Positions 25,101 through 38,300 of a DNA stretch of 64,000 nt are shown here, piece by piece. Within the stretch, counting starts at the first letter, position 1. Every line of letters begins with the position of its first letter. The position numbers and the translations under genes were made by a program. Source of the stretch: Hemiscyllium ocellatum (taxonomy: Eukaryota); contig NW_026867487.1 of the NCBI RefSeq assembly GCF_020745735.1, positions 3,844,001 through 3,908,000 on the forward strand, written 5' to 3'. Under the pieces are notes generated by a model. The model saw nothing but the letters and a program-made list of their open reading frames with translations, searched no databases and was not told the origin of the DNA.

Positions 25101-25329
25101 GTGTACCTTTTTCGTTTCAACAATTTTGTTTTGCAATTGGTTTCCTCAATATATTAAAGTACGCTTTTCAAATATTAATTGGAAGTAAACTTGTTATTTC
25201 ATATTATCCTACGTTTAGTTTAGCGATGGAAAGGGTTGTATACATGCACAAGGCAAAAGTTATAGATGGGGGACGGACAATTACAATGCGAATAGGCAAG
25301 ACACAGGAGGATTCGAACGTCGTCTCAAA

Positions 25330-27665
25330 ATGCAGGGAATGGAAACAATCGAAATGTGGAGTTGATTTAAGGGGCAGATATTGCCTATCAGGCAGGGAGG
25401 AAATGTTAAGGTAAGTGTTGTTTCACAAAGAAATTGTATCTCTTATTTGGTGGAAGAGGAAGGCTTATGTGACGTTGAGACGAGATGGTTCAGATGAGTC
25501 GGTGGAGAGTTACAGGTTAGTTCGGAAGGATGAAAAAGAGAGAGTTAAGAAGAACAAAGATGGGGCAAGAGCAGTCTTTAACAGGTAGAATAAAGGAGAA
25601 CCCTTAAGCTTTCGCGCATGACTCGGTTTGAAATAGGGTCAGAGTTTAGATCAGAGTGGTGCTGGAAAAGCATAGCATGTCAGGCAGCATCCGTGGAGCA
25701 GGAAAATCGACGTTTTGGGCAAAAGTCCTTCATCAAGAATCGAGACGGGAAGCCTACAGGTTGGTGAGATAAATGGGGGGTGGGGTTGGAGAGAAGGTAT
25801 CAAAAATTAAAATAGGTGAATGGGGTTGGGGCTGGAGGTGATAAGTCAGAGAGGAGGGTGGGGGAAGGTAGCAAAGAGTTCAAGAGTTGAATGGGGGTGG
25901 GGATGGAGGAGATAGGGGATGGAGTCCGCCCTCACTTTTGCCTTGGAATAGGGCCAGTCAAAGACAGTAATGGAGGGTTGAATGTTGACCCCGTGGAGAT
26001 TGGAGAGGTGCTAGACAAATATTTCTCATCTGTTTTGACTCAGGAAAATGAGAATATTGTAGACGAGAAGACTGAGATAAAGGCTATTCGACCAGAAAGG
26101 ATTGAGGTTAGTAAGGAGAGGTGTTATGCATTCTAGAAGGTGTGAAAGTAGGTACGTTCCATTGCTGGATAGGATTTATACAAGAATTCTCTGGGAAGCG
26201 AGGAAGGAAATGTTGGAGCCTTTCGTCTTGATCTTTGAATCGTCACTTTCTACAGGTTTAGTCCAGAGGACTGGAGATTTGTAAATGTTGTGCCCTTGTT
26301 CAAGAAGGGCAGTAGAGATGAACCACGTAATTATAGACCACTTAGTCTTTTGTCTGTTGAAGGAATACTTTTGGAAAGATTATGAGAGATAGGATTTAGA
26401 ATAATTGAGTAAGCAATGCTTTGACTGGAGGTAGTCAATGGCTTCGTTAAGGGTAGGTCATGTCTCACAAACCTCAAAGAGATTTTTTGAAAGGTGACCA
26501 TGCATACGGATGATTGTAGGGCAGTTGACGTGGTCTACATGGACTTCAGCACAGCCTTTGATAATGTTCCACACGGTATGCTTCCGGATAAAATTCGGAG
26601 GCATGTGATTGAGGTTGACTTTGCAATTTGGATTAGAAGTGGCTTTCTGTAAGAAGGCAGTGAGTGATGGCTGACGGAAAATATTCAGCATGGAGGCCGG
26701 TTACGAGTGGTGCGCCACAGGACCTCGTTTGGGACTGCTGCCGTTCATACTTTTATGAATGACTTCGACATAGGCATAGGTGGACGGGTTCGTAATTCAG
26801 TGGAGTGGTGTGCAGTGTGGAAGAATGTTGCAGCTTGCAGGGGGACTTGGATAAACTGCCGAATAGGGCTGATATGTTGCAAATGAAGTTCAATGCAGAC
26901 AAGTGTGAGATGATTCACTTTGGGAAGAATAACAGGAAGGTAGAATACTAGGTCAATGGAAAGATTCTTGGTAGTGTGCGTGCGTTGAGGGATCTTGGTA
27001 TCCACATATATACATCCTTGAAAATTGCTGCGCAGGATGATAGTGCTGTTAAGCAGGCATACGATGTGGTAGGTTTTATTGGGAGAGAGATTGAATTCTG
27101 GAGCCGTGATGTCATGCTCCAACTGTACAAAACGCTCATGTGGCCTCGCTTGGAATATTGTGTACATTTCTGATCGCCCCACTACATTAAGTATGTGAAA
27201 GCATTGGAAAATGTGGAGGGAACATTTGCCAGGATGTTCCCTTGTTTGGCGAGAATGTGTTCTGAGGAAAGGCTGCCGGGTTTGGGTCTGTTCTCTTTGG
27301 AGATTCGAAGGCTAAGAGGTGATTTAATAGAGACATACAAGATGATCAGAGGATTAGATAGGGTGGAGTGTGAGAGTCTTACTCCTCGACGATGACGTGA
27401 GTTTGTTTGAGGGGGCAATTTAGGGGTGATAGATTAAAGACAGATGTAAGAGGCAGGTTCTTTACTCTGACAGTGGTAAGAGCATGCGATATCCTGCCTG
27501 TAAATGCTGTTAACTCAGTCACATTAGGAGCATTTAATCAGCTCCTTGATTAGCATATGGATAATGATGGGACAGTGTAGGTGATAGGCTTAGATTAGTT
27601 CAAAGTTTGGTGCAACATTGAGGGCCGAAAAGCCTGTTCTGTGCTGTAATGTTCCATCTTCTATG
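25330..27665 (+). mobile_element. CR1 LINE, 5'-truncated, with decayed RT domain; interrupted at ~25620-25915
   Basis: GFVKGRSCLTNLKE...VDVVYMDFSTAFDNVPHG; MKFNADKCEMIHFG; LYKTLMWPRLEYCVHF; tail gttctgtgctgtaatgttcc. Confidence 0.9.
25620..25915 (-). mobile_element. Penelope-like 3' tail fragment inserted in the CR1
   Basis: gtggtgctggaaaagcatagcatgtcaggcagcatccgtggagcaggaaaatcgacg, followed by G-rich gggtgggg tract. Confidence 0.75.
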
Positions 27666-28399
27666 GTGCTCTACAGGCAAGCAGCGGAAGTATTTTTATA
27701 CACAATGTTCCAGAAAATAATTTAATATTCTATGTTTATTCTAGTAAATTCAACTTGCTGAATTTTCACATCGACATCACGTAAAATGCAGACTGGTTGC
27801 TGTAACGGGCTGAGATAGTAAGAATATAACGCTTCTGTTGAAGGATTCAGGTGAAACTCATAAATATAAAGTAGTACAGAAGTATTTCTCAAAGGGTAAA
27901 CATTAGTACATCGCAATCTTGTTTTCCAACGTAACAAAGTCAGCCATTTTGATGAATTAAGGAATTCTACTGGCATGTATGGAGAATGAAAATAGTCAGT
28001 TTCCCCCACCTTTCATTGTGGTGTTTTTTTTTCGTTATTTTTTTGAATGTCCAATATCCACAGTTTTCTTCATTTTGGTGGCAAAGTCACTTGATATTTT
28101 GTTTATATCATGCCTTAATTTTTTCGTGTACCTATATTTATTACATTTGTTTTAGAGTGAATCAGAAAGGAAAGGGAGAGAAACAAAGAATAGACTTTTC
28201 CCCATGTGTCTTTGGATCTTTAACTGACCTGAGATTATCTACACAGGCAAGACTTTAGCACGTGATCGAAAAGGCTGGATTTCTAATCGTACAGCATTCT
28301 TTTTGTTTTGGATTTAGGAATATTTCTGAGCTTGGATGCGGACATGTCATCATTTAATGTGGCCTTTAATGCAGAAAACAGTCTGATTTCTTAAAGTTT

Positions 28400-31300
28400 C
28401 TACAAGTTTAACGATGTTGATGGAAGAGAAGCAACTCTTTTTTTAAATGTTTTTATGTAAAAATTGAGAGTAATGAATGGGCATATGAACATGTTCTTCA
28501 ACTCCTCTTGGAACTTTTTCTGTGATAGTGCATAAATGAAGACGTTATTACAGGAACTAAGCAACTGAAGCATGTTCGCCGCTTCTTGAAGGATGTACTC
28601 AGGGTCATTGAAATCTAGGCTGTTAAAGTAGGTGGTATTAGACACTCGGAAGTAAAGGAAATGAACAACATAGGTAACCCACAGAAGTAGAAAGCTGAGT
28701 GAGATAGTGAAGAGCAGTATAACGGACCTCTTTCGGTTCACAATCTCTGGATCTTTCTCTGTCTTGGATCCCCGGAGCCTCAAGCGGGCTTTGTTGGCTG
28801 TTAAGATGTGTCTAATAGTTAGTGCATTGAGAAGTAGAATGAGATGGAACGGCAGAAAGGGTGTTAAAATGTGGTCAAGCCAGTCGTAAGCTTTCCAAGC
28901 AGGCAAAGTGAAATAAGTAGACTTGAGGTCACAGAACCAGGGCACTCCATCCTGGATATACAAAGGCTGACAGACAAAGTACAACGGAGCATTTTTGATA
29001 CAGCTCAAGACACAGATCACACCTATGACAAGTGAAGCAGTTTTCTCTGTGCAGTATCTGGCCTTCAGTCTGTGGCTGCAGATGGCTATGAAGCGATCAA
29101 TGGTGAAGGCGACTGTCAGCCAAACTGATCCATCCCGTGTGGCGAAACCTAACATTATCGTGATTGCACAAGCAGGGGTGGTGGACAAGATACTATCCAC
29201 AAAATAAATGCGGCTAATCCTGTTGAGGATGACGGTGGTAACGATGACAAGGAAGTCGGAGACTGCTATTGCGATTAGATAGAACGTGATGCACCAGGAG
29301 AGACCACACCGACCTCGGCTTAGAATAACAATTGCCACAAAATTAGCTGGGAGTAATTTAAAGAAAGATGTTGTTGAGAGAGTTGCAAAAAATCCCAATT
29401 TTCAGATTAAGTCCCCTCCAGTGTGGAAACAGTCCCGTCGACCCAACAAGTCCACACTGAGCCTCGAAAGAGTAACCCACCAATAATCATTTCACTATAT
29501 TTAACGTTGACTGATACATGTAACACTATTGGCAATTTCGCATTGCCAATTCACCTCATCTGCACATGTTGTGGAATGTGCATGGAAACCAGAACACCCA
29601 GAGGAATCTCACGCAGACAGGGGAGGAATGTACAAACTCCACACAGTTCCCCGAAGCTGGAATCATACCCGGGTCTCTGCCACTGTGAGGCAGCAGTGCA
29701 TATTTGTCCTCATTCATTGTGTCCCTGAAGTATGTGCTAAATTGTTCCTTTAACTTTCAGACTTTGATTGTTCTGATTGCATGTGAATAATTCATCAGAC
29801 AATGCTGGACTAAACTTTACTGAAGGAAACTTCTTTGATAATCAATGCATGCCACCAAAGCCAATCGCAAATCCTCAAGTCAAACCCGTGAGGAACAATT
29901 CAAATTCAGATCAACTGTAATATGGAATGCTATGCGCTAGTCCATGCCAATTTCCATTGATTTTTGTCATTATTTTCGCTGGCATATAGTGGCTGTCGAT
30001 CTGAGAAATGCTTCCAATTTTCCACTGCGTCCACATTCTCAACATTCCGGGCTTGCAACATAGAATCATTGAGGCATGTGGTTATGTAGAAGCTCTTCAG
30101 CACATCAAATTTGTATTGACTAAGTATAATAGAACTTGCAAGTGTCCCATTATCCTGCATGAGCTGAAAATACTTGCATGGTATGGCGCTTCGCGTTTCC
30201 CCCGCAAATATTTTGAGAGATATTCAATTATCCCGTCCCAACTGCTCCCTGCGAGTGTATTTCAGATCTCCAACATCAATTGAGAGAAGAAAGCACTTCC
30301 TCAAATGCTGTCGATACTTTAAATTTTCGTCCCTGTGATAAAGGAGATAGCTTCTTTATTACCATCCTGTCGATTTTGCCCTTGACCTGATGCACCAGTT
30401 CCAGTACTACATCAATGTTCTCTGCTCTCAGGAAGATAAAAATCCCAGATCATGCAGCCTTTCGACAAAGCTGAAAGGCTGAATTCCAGTCTACATTCTA
30501 GTGAACCTCACTTGTAACACATTGAGAGCAATCGTGTTCTTTATTTTGTCTGGTCACAAGACCTGCACAATGGCAGCTGTGGCTTTGCTAAAGTTTTGTG
30601 CAACTCCAACATTCCCTCTGTTATCTCATGACCTATGCCACGACTGTTAACATCTCAACTTTCAGCTTCCTTCCAGTTCAGCCCACTTGCACAGTTCGAA
30701 TAAGAATCACTCCATTAAAGATGCCTATGCCCTTCGCTCTCGAAGACCTGGTCAATAAAATGTCATGCCTCCATGGCCCTATCTCGAAATTCTTTTCAAG
30801 AATACTTATAATATAACTCTTTGTTAACGGAATTGGTAGCTGTTCCAAAAATCTGATCATTTTCTTACGTTTCAGAATATATTTCATCAACTTTACAGGA
30901 AAAGACCAAAAATATGGGCAGTATTAATCGAAGAATTGGGCAGAGATTTACCTTGTGAAAAATAACGTGGAGATAAGCAACCAATGTTAATTTTACAGCA
31001 AAACACTGATTCTGTCTAATTAATAAAATTACAGAACGATCTGAAAAATAAAAGGCAAACTTGGAAGCCAACCTAAATCCAGATTGAACATGTGAAACAT
31101 TTCTTTCTAAATTACAACAGTTTCAAATGTTCACGTGATTAATTTCAGAGAACACATTAGGAATGGTGGTTTCTCAATGGGAACGCATTGTGCTTTAACC
31201 ATTGCACACTGGAAAATGGAATTATAAATGCGTAGAATCACTGCATGTTCACTTTCTTTAATTTCAGAATTCGCATGATGATTGCTGTGAAATAATGTTG

Positions 31301-33507
31301 TTTCAGACACATTAATAATCTCTGTTTACGGACTAATTTTTGTGACACCATGGCAAGCTTTTTTCTAGTTAACAATAAGACATTAGACTGCATTGGATTA
31401 AAAAGTAAACTTGTGAAGCTTTCATTTTTGATTCACCCTCGGTGGGATAGTGTTAGAAACAGAGAGAAAAGAAAATATGGTAATTAGGTAGGGGTATATC
31501 AGAATGATTAATGAAATATTCAAGAAAAAGAAATAGTGATGAAAACATTAAAGGAACAAGAAATAAGTCCTAGAGAAAACCAGCAAGACTTTTGAACACA
31601 GAGAGTAAGAGTTTGTTTTATATAAAAGCATGAATAGTGAACGAGGTAGCAGTTTTTCCTTTATGTATCAGTATGGGCTTATTGTAATCTAAAATGAGGA
31701 GGTGTAGAAGTATGATTAAATATTTTGTATTGGTGTTCACGAGAGAAAGTAGAGAGAGTATCCCAGCAAAGCTATGACTCGGTAATAAAAGGTGTGGAAC
31801 TCACGAAATTGAAAAGCATCACTGATGTGGAACTGAACAAGTTGTTGGAGTGGGGACCAAAATGTTTCGAAGTCACGGTAGGTATCATCCTTGGTTATGA
31901 AAACATGCAACGCACAATTGATATCTCTTCTAATTTTCCAAAAGTCCTTTTATTCAGAGAAGGAACAAGCAATTAGTTTGAAAGTTACCGCACGCATTTT
32001 TTTAAAAATTCAAAATGTCAGGAAGACAGAAAAAATTAGAAGAGATATCAATTGCGCGGTGCATGTTTTCAGAACCAAGGATGATGCCTACCGTGACTTC
32101 GGTACATTTTGGTCCCCACTCCAACAGCTTGCTCAGTTCCACATCAGTGATGCTTTTCAATTTCGTGAGTTCCACACCTTTTCCATACCAGTTCGCTGAT
32201 AAACTGTCAAAGGAGAAATATTAGAAGTTACTTTTTTTTTAAAGTAGCCACATCAGGTCACTTGGGAATCTTCAAAGAAATCATATTCAAATCGGATTTC
32301 CGAAAGGAAAATGAGATGTAAGTCATGTTTTGGAATTATTTCGTCAAGTGCTGTGTGTAACTAGAAATCAACTTAGATTTTTCAGAATGCACTGAAGAAT
32401 GTATCCCAAAATGTTTCAGTTGGAAATAAAGTTTCTGGATACAGTGAACGCACGATGCACATTGGCTGGCTGACAGGAGACAGAAGACATGTAAATATGG
32501 CCACATTGGTCTTGGTGTAGCACAATTAGTCGTGTAAACATAAGTTGTGAAGGGGTCATGGATGGCCACAAAGAAGAAGCTAATGCTAAATAGGTCACGA
32601 TAGAACACAAAAATGGGAATATCATGCTTCACTTATGGGCTCTACGCGTGATGCCGCACCGAAACCAGTGGATTGCATATTGATTTAATTGAAATAATGA
32701 TGTTTATATGCTGAAAACAGTTCAGGGAATGTTTACTGGATTAACAGCTGGAGTAGACATATTTCTTTCGGAGGAATGTTTTAAATTATCGGCTTATACG
32801 AGCTGCTACTTTGAAGATTCGCTGGTGAAATTATGTGCACACATGTTTGACTGACATGGTGGGTGTGGAAAGTCTGTTTTGCCCTGCGGCATAACATATT
32901 ACTCACGGTCACAGCTTCGAAATATGGTATGACCCACTCAAAACTTATTTTAAGCATTTTTTTTATTGCCATTAAATCTCTGGTTTTCGATTCTTTTCTT
33001 CGGAATATGTAGTGGAGTCAGAGTATTTTAATATTTCCGAAGACTTTAATCGATTTTTCCTAGTAAAGATTATTGGAGTTCAGAGTGAATATAGAATAGG
33101 GTTTACGGTTATGTTTGTATAATCCCATAACAGGTCAGAGCAGGCACGAGGTCAAAACAGAACACTCCTGCACCTTATTTGCATACGTCCTTCATTAAGA
33201 AGTTAATATTCATGCAATGCCACGTAGTATAATCTATAATTTAGAAACGCAATAAATGATATAGCTTTCAAAACGACAAGAATAAAATTTAATAACATAT
33301 TGTTAAGTTCCATGGTTAATTTTATCACAGTGAGGCAACTTTGGTATCAGCAAACAAAAAAGATTAAGCAGATCTTGAATAAGGATCAGTAAAACATCTC
33401 TTAAGAAGAAACAGCATCATAGTGATTCTTTACTTACCAGGTGCACCAATAAGAGCGAGAATGGGATACCAAACGGCAAAAAAGAGCCCATTCGCTGGAC
33501 CATGCAT
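28400..33507 (-). CDS. Class A GPCR, GPR139/GPR142-like, two exons: join(33507..33438, 29346..28400), 338 aa
   Basis: Exon 1 MHGPANGLFFAVWYPILALIGAP G|gtaagt; acceptor ctcccag|CT AAT TTT; 7 TM, DRF, NNVFIY; intact. The ORF-track N-terminus (MGFFATL...) is intronic. Confidence 0.92.
29420..29710 (-). mobile_element. Degenerate HE1-type SINE in GPCR B intron
   Basis: gtggaaacagtcccgtcgacccaacaagtccacac...gccactgtgaggcagcagtgc. Confidence 0.85.
31787..32182. repeat. Inverted repeat, ~151-bp arms (31787-31937 / 32032-32182), ~94-bp spacer
   Basis: Right arm is the reverse complement of the left, 8 mismatches by manual count. Confidence 0.95.
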
Positions 33508-33955
33508 CGTCTTTGAGAATCTAAACGAATTTCAAAACAACAGAAAATGAATTGTTGCCGGTATCGAATCACCCTTTATTTATTCATCGTAAGAGACCTC
33601 AGAGGATCAGCGAAGGTATGACATCCACTTTAATCAGAGTCGGTGAATAAACAAATGATCTAACTTTCCATGGCATAATTACCTATTTGGATAGTGAAAT
33701 TGAGTAATCAAATTTTCCCTGAGGGTCAACTACTGTCTGCAATTCTGTGATTAAGTGTCAGTAGAATCCATATCTTTTGTGTCCATCATTTGAGCTGCTG
33801 CTGAAATGGAGTCAGCTAACCATTTTCTTCTGAAATGTTATCTTGCAATTTCCATTACATTAAAATAATTTCATGCTTTCACATATCATACTGGAATTAT
33901 AGAATCCCAATACTGTGGCAGCAGGCCATTCAATACATTGAGTCTGCAACATTTT

Positions 33956-34250
33956 GGCGGCGCAGTGGTTAGCACTGCTGCCTCACAGCGCCTGAGATCC
34001 GGATTCAATTCCCGACTCAAGCGACTGGCTGTGTGGAGTTTGCACATTTTCCCCGTGTCTGTGTGGGTTTCCTCCGGTTGCTCCGGTTTCCTCCCACAAT
34101 CCAACGATGTGCATGTCAGGTGAATTGGCCATGCAAAATTGCCCGTAGTGTTGGGGGAATGGGTGGGTTACGCTTCTGCGCGTCGGTTTGGACTTGTTGG
34201 TCCGAAGGGCCTGTTTCCACAAAGTAAGTAGTCTAGTTTAGTCTAATCTA
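33956..34250 (+). mobile_element. HE1-type SINE
   Basis: gcagtggttagcactgctgcctcacagcgcctgag...gggcctgtttccac. Confidence 0.95.
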
Positions 34251-34274
34251 AAACCCTCCAAGGACACTCTAACC

Positions 34275-34490
34275 AGATCTACTCCCTATCTTGTAGACCT
34301 AGACGGCATCAATTCGGCTACAACAATGTAACTGCTCAAAGACAAGCTCATTAAAACACAGCAGAGAGTGATTGGAAGCCTGGTTTTCACTCAAAAAGGC
34401 GATCAGCAAATGCAGAGAGATGGAACCACTGTACACGCTGCTGCAGGGAAGACCCAGAAGTGACTGCACAACAGGCCAGACTGCATAAAA
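34275..34490 (+). mobile_element. Penelope-like (second family) fragment, paralogue of 15885-16085
   Basis: cagcagagagtgattggaagcctggttttcactcaaaaaggc...gctgcagggaagacccagaagtgac. Confidence 0.6.
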
Positions 34491-34839
34491 CATAACTGGG
34501 ACAGAATAAAAGCTGTTCACAGAAGCTGCACTGATTATGCTATGCAACACTGTAAGAAAACATGTGAATGATAATCTAGTAGCTCGCAGAGGTAACTAAC
34601 TACCGCAAGCATGCAAGATGTATTTTGAGTTGATGCTGGGAAAAATTATAGTCACTTTTCTTTCAATTCCGAGATGATTGTGGGTTTGAAGAAACAGAGA
34701 TAAATCTGAAATATTTTCTATCGGATTTGACGTAATGCTGCATCATAATCAGCTTTTCTTCAAACTCTCATAGTGACAATAGCTCACACGTGATTGTCAC
34801 ACAGCTAGTCCCTTTTCTTCCTCTAAATGCTCAAGGTTA

Positions 34840-35418
34840 ATGGCTCAAGGAAAGTCTATCCTTGATTTTTCTCAGAGTGGAAATAAACTGGGTCAGACTC
34901 CAATCAGTCTGGTTTGGTCCGAAGTTGAAAAGGATTTTGAGAGGCCTTTCTATAATATGCAATCAGATGAAATAGGCCAAGTGGTCATGTTTTAGAAGTG
35001 ACGTATATGAACTAGCTGAACTGAGCAGTTTTTAATTGTGTTTGAACTGACAAGTTAAACAGGGAACTGTGTGAACCTCTCTCTCTCTATGTTTCATGCC
35101 CTTCAACTTCAAGATGTGAGCATGTGTTGCATTTATACTGTGTTTTTTTTTAAAAGGGAGATTGGTTATTTGGACTTTTGTTTGCATTCGGAACATCATA
35201 ATTAGTTCTAGCTTGATGGGTTGCTTTCTGTCTGGTTCTTTGTGTATCATTGTGCAATTCTATGAATAAAGTTCTTTGCCTGTTTTGAAATCTTGTAGTC
35301 AACTGACCTAAGTTACTTTGGGTAATATTTATTGTACACTTACCGAAACAAATTGCAAAGTTATTCTCTGGGCTGCCCGCTTAAGAATGTTTTGAGTGGT
35401 CTGGCATAGTCCATAATA
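34840..35418 (+). mobile_element. Probable solo LTR (Gypsy type); 5' boundary uncertain
   Basis: ctatgaataaagttc...cttaccgaaacaaattgcaaag...tggtctggcatagtccataaca LTR-like 3' end. Confidence 0.55.
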
Positions 35419-37489
35419 CAATCAGTTTTAATCTTGTTTGTTCTCCTGCTCAGGACATGATGGAGATCATCAATAGAACAGGAGCAACAGGAATTGATGG
35501 AGATCATTTGGTCTTTCAAAAATGTTCTTCTGTACAATAACGCCAAATCCAATATTTCGTTCATGATGAATTTGTGATATGAGTTTGAAATATTCTTGGC
35601 AACAGACAAATCAGTACTATTTGCTGTAATGAATAGTGGTTATTAAAGGCATTATCTCCACTGCTGGCAAATTAACATAGGCCAGTTTTTTTTTTATTTC
35701 GGCCAGTTCTGGGTAATAGTAGACTGTTGTATCAGTGCAAGAGGAGTGCAAGTGGATGCTGCCTAACCTGCTTTGCTTTAACCAGCAACACATTTTCAGC
35801 TGTTGTATCAGTGCCAGAGTCTACCACAAAAGAAAAGAGTTACTCGCTGGCATTAAGCAATGCACATAGAAGTGATAATGGCTATTTCATTTCGAATGAC
35901 CCACAGGCTGATCCAGTTTTTAAAGAAAAAAATTCTCTTCGAGCCAAGTGATATTTCTAAAGTTGTTTTGATTATATTCACAATTCATCATACGGATCAG
36001 AGATCCGATTCAGTGATGAGACGTAAAGGTATTTTGTATGGTCTGACTGGGTTTCGGTATCAGGTTGGACCTCAGCGCACCGTGAAAGGCAGAGGTCTCC
36101 GAGACATGAGCTCTGGCAATGTACAAATTAACCACTATTTTGTCTTTCTACAAATATACAAAAGATTGCTTAGTTAAATCTGGAGAAGTAAGCACCACTT
36201 CGTTGTTATTTCTCCTCAGTAAATATCTCGGATGTACGTGACGAGTCTTGTAGCCAGCCCGTCCTGAAAACTTCATTCAGTCAGGTGGATCCGGTTAAAT
36301 GGAATTTTGGAATTTCGTTTCTGGATGAAATACACAGATCTTATGACTTACTGGAATGAATGAATCACACTTTGGACCTTTTCAGTCAGAGTGTTTCTGT
36401 CACTACATTATATAATGTATACAGGGACACGTCATCAAATTTAATAGCAAGCAACATCAGAATTGCTCTGAAGTTTTTTTTTGTTGGCCAAACGCAGGGC
36501 GTTTCCTTGTCCTGTGCTCAGCTGAATTCTTATATCCATCGACACCAGTAGAAGAAACAATGTAATTAGAGACTACATTACACGTGCTCTCTTCAACTTT
36601 GGCTCTCAATGTCATTGTCACCGACTTTCAGTTTTCACATTTTCAGACATCCAGTCGCTGTAATACGACACTTTCACTTCAGCTTTACTCTATCACCTGG
36701 AATATGGATAATTCTCTCTATATGAGATGAAAAGGCAAATATGTTAAGGTTATTCTCATATACAATAACAAATCAATGCAGGTTGAATACTCACAACGAA
36801 TGTGTATTGCTGGGTAAATTCCATAAAAGTATTGATGCATTTTTGTCAATTTTCGAAGCAACTGTGGTACTCTTCTCTGAGTTTCCTCTGAGAATAGATA
36901 ATGTTTGGGAATTGTCACTTATTGTTCTAAATTATTTAAGAATGAAAATTGATTCACACAATAGCTTCATGTATGTGAAAGCATCAGATGGAATAAGAAA
37001 GCAAACCATTTGGTCTTTGGCTCCTGCATTGCCGTTAAACAATATCATAACTCGGTTATCTTCGAAATGTACTCTTTCCTCAGTCTCTGTAATACTTTGT
37101 CTGTGGTGAAGATCAAACGTTGTCTAACTCATCCGTGAATGATGTTCTGGTCAAGCCTCAGCGGATCTCTTTGGAAATAGCTTCTGGGGGTCCTTAAGAG
37201 AAAGGTAGTTGCATCATATTTACAGCTAAAATGGAAAATCTGTTGAATTTAAACTCCACTGCAAAGTTCCAGATTCCCTTAAAGGTGAAAGCATCATCTC
37301 AGTTACTACCAGGTGAATGCCTTTCAGGATGTGCCAAGATTCATGCAAGACAACATTGTTATTTTTGTTGTTTCATAATGGACATGAAAATGAATGAATT
37401 GAATCCAGTTTTATAATGACTGTCAATTGTCTTATTTGTATCATTGACACTAAATTGACTTGATGGAATAAGAATGGCTTTTAGTACAG

Positions 37490-38300
37490 GGTTGATATTC
37501 TGTCTGGGGGCCTGTGACCAACAGCTTACCGCAGGGATTATTTCTGAGTGCACTGATGTGCGTCTTTTATGTAAACCATATGGATGAGAGTATAGGGAGC
37601 ATGTTTAGTAAGTTTGTGGATGACAACAAAATCTGTGGTCGAGTGGATTGTGAGGAAGGTTGTCTAAGAATACACAATATCTTGACCAGATGGCCCAATG
37701 ATCCCAGAAGGGGCAGGGGGAGTTTAATTTATATGAATGTGAGGTTTTGTCTATGGTAAGACAAACCAGGTCAGGACTTAGGCAGTTAATGGTTGGACAC
37801 GGGCCAGTGTTGTTAAACAGAGAGGTTCAGGCTCATTATTCCTTGAAAGGTGCATGGAAGTTTCACGAGGTGATGCATAATGTTTTTGGAACGCTGGTCG
37901 TCCTCGGTCAAAGCATTGAGTTGATACAATTTGTTACAGCGGTATAAGGCATTGGTAAGGTCAATGACAGAATATGGGACACACCTATGGAGGTCCTGAT
38001 AGAGGAAGGATAGTTAATGGACTGGAATGGCGACAGAGAAGACATAATAAACTTGCTCCCTCCTTTGAAGGCTTTATCAGGTGAGGCTAGATAGACTTGA
38101 ACTGCAATCGGATGAGACTGAGGACTAGATTTGTCAAGGTTTTTAATAGTGTAAATGACACAGAGAAGATGGATCACAAATGTTGTTTTGAAAGGGCACA
38201 GACGTCCAACGTGAGAGGTTGGAGGTGAAAAGAAAAAAAATATAAAAGAGAACCAACGACAACGTTTTCACACAGAAAGCACACAAAAATGTAACTTGCT
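37490..38300 (+). mobile_element. Degenerate CR1 LINE fragment
   Basis: SMFSKFVDDNKICGRVDCEEGCLRI (FADD motif as FVDD); aacgttttcacacagaaagc. Confidence 0.85.

Larger units (their letters stand above)
19340..34490. repeat. Segmental duplication unit B (GPCR cassette)
   Basis: Paralogous to 9770-16085 but with an extra 7.4 kb (20130-27518) and an extra ~0.67 kb in the intron. Confidence 0.9.

Noticed and set aside
32336-32632. Cys pattern reminiscent of zDHHC palmitoyltransferases
   Set aside because: No DHHC motif and Cys spacing is wrong.
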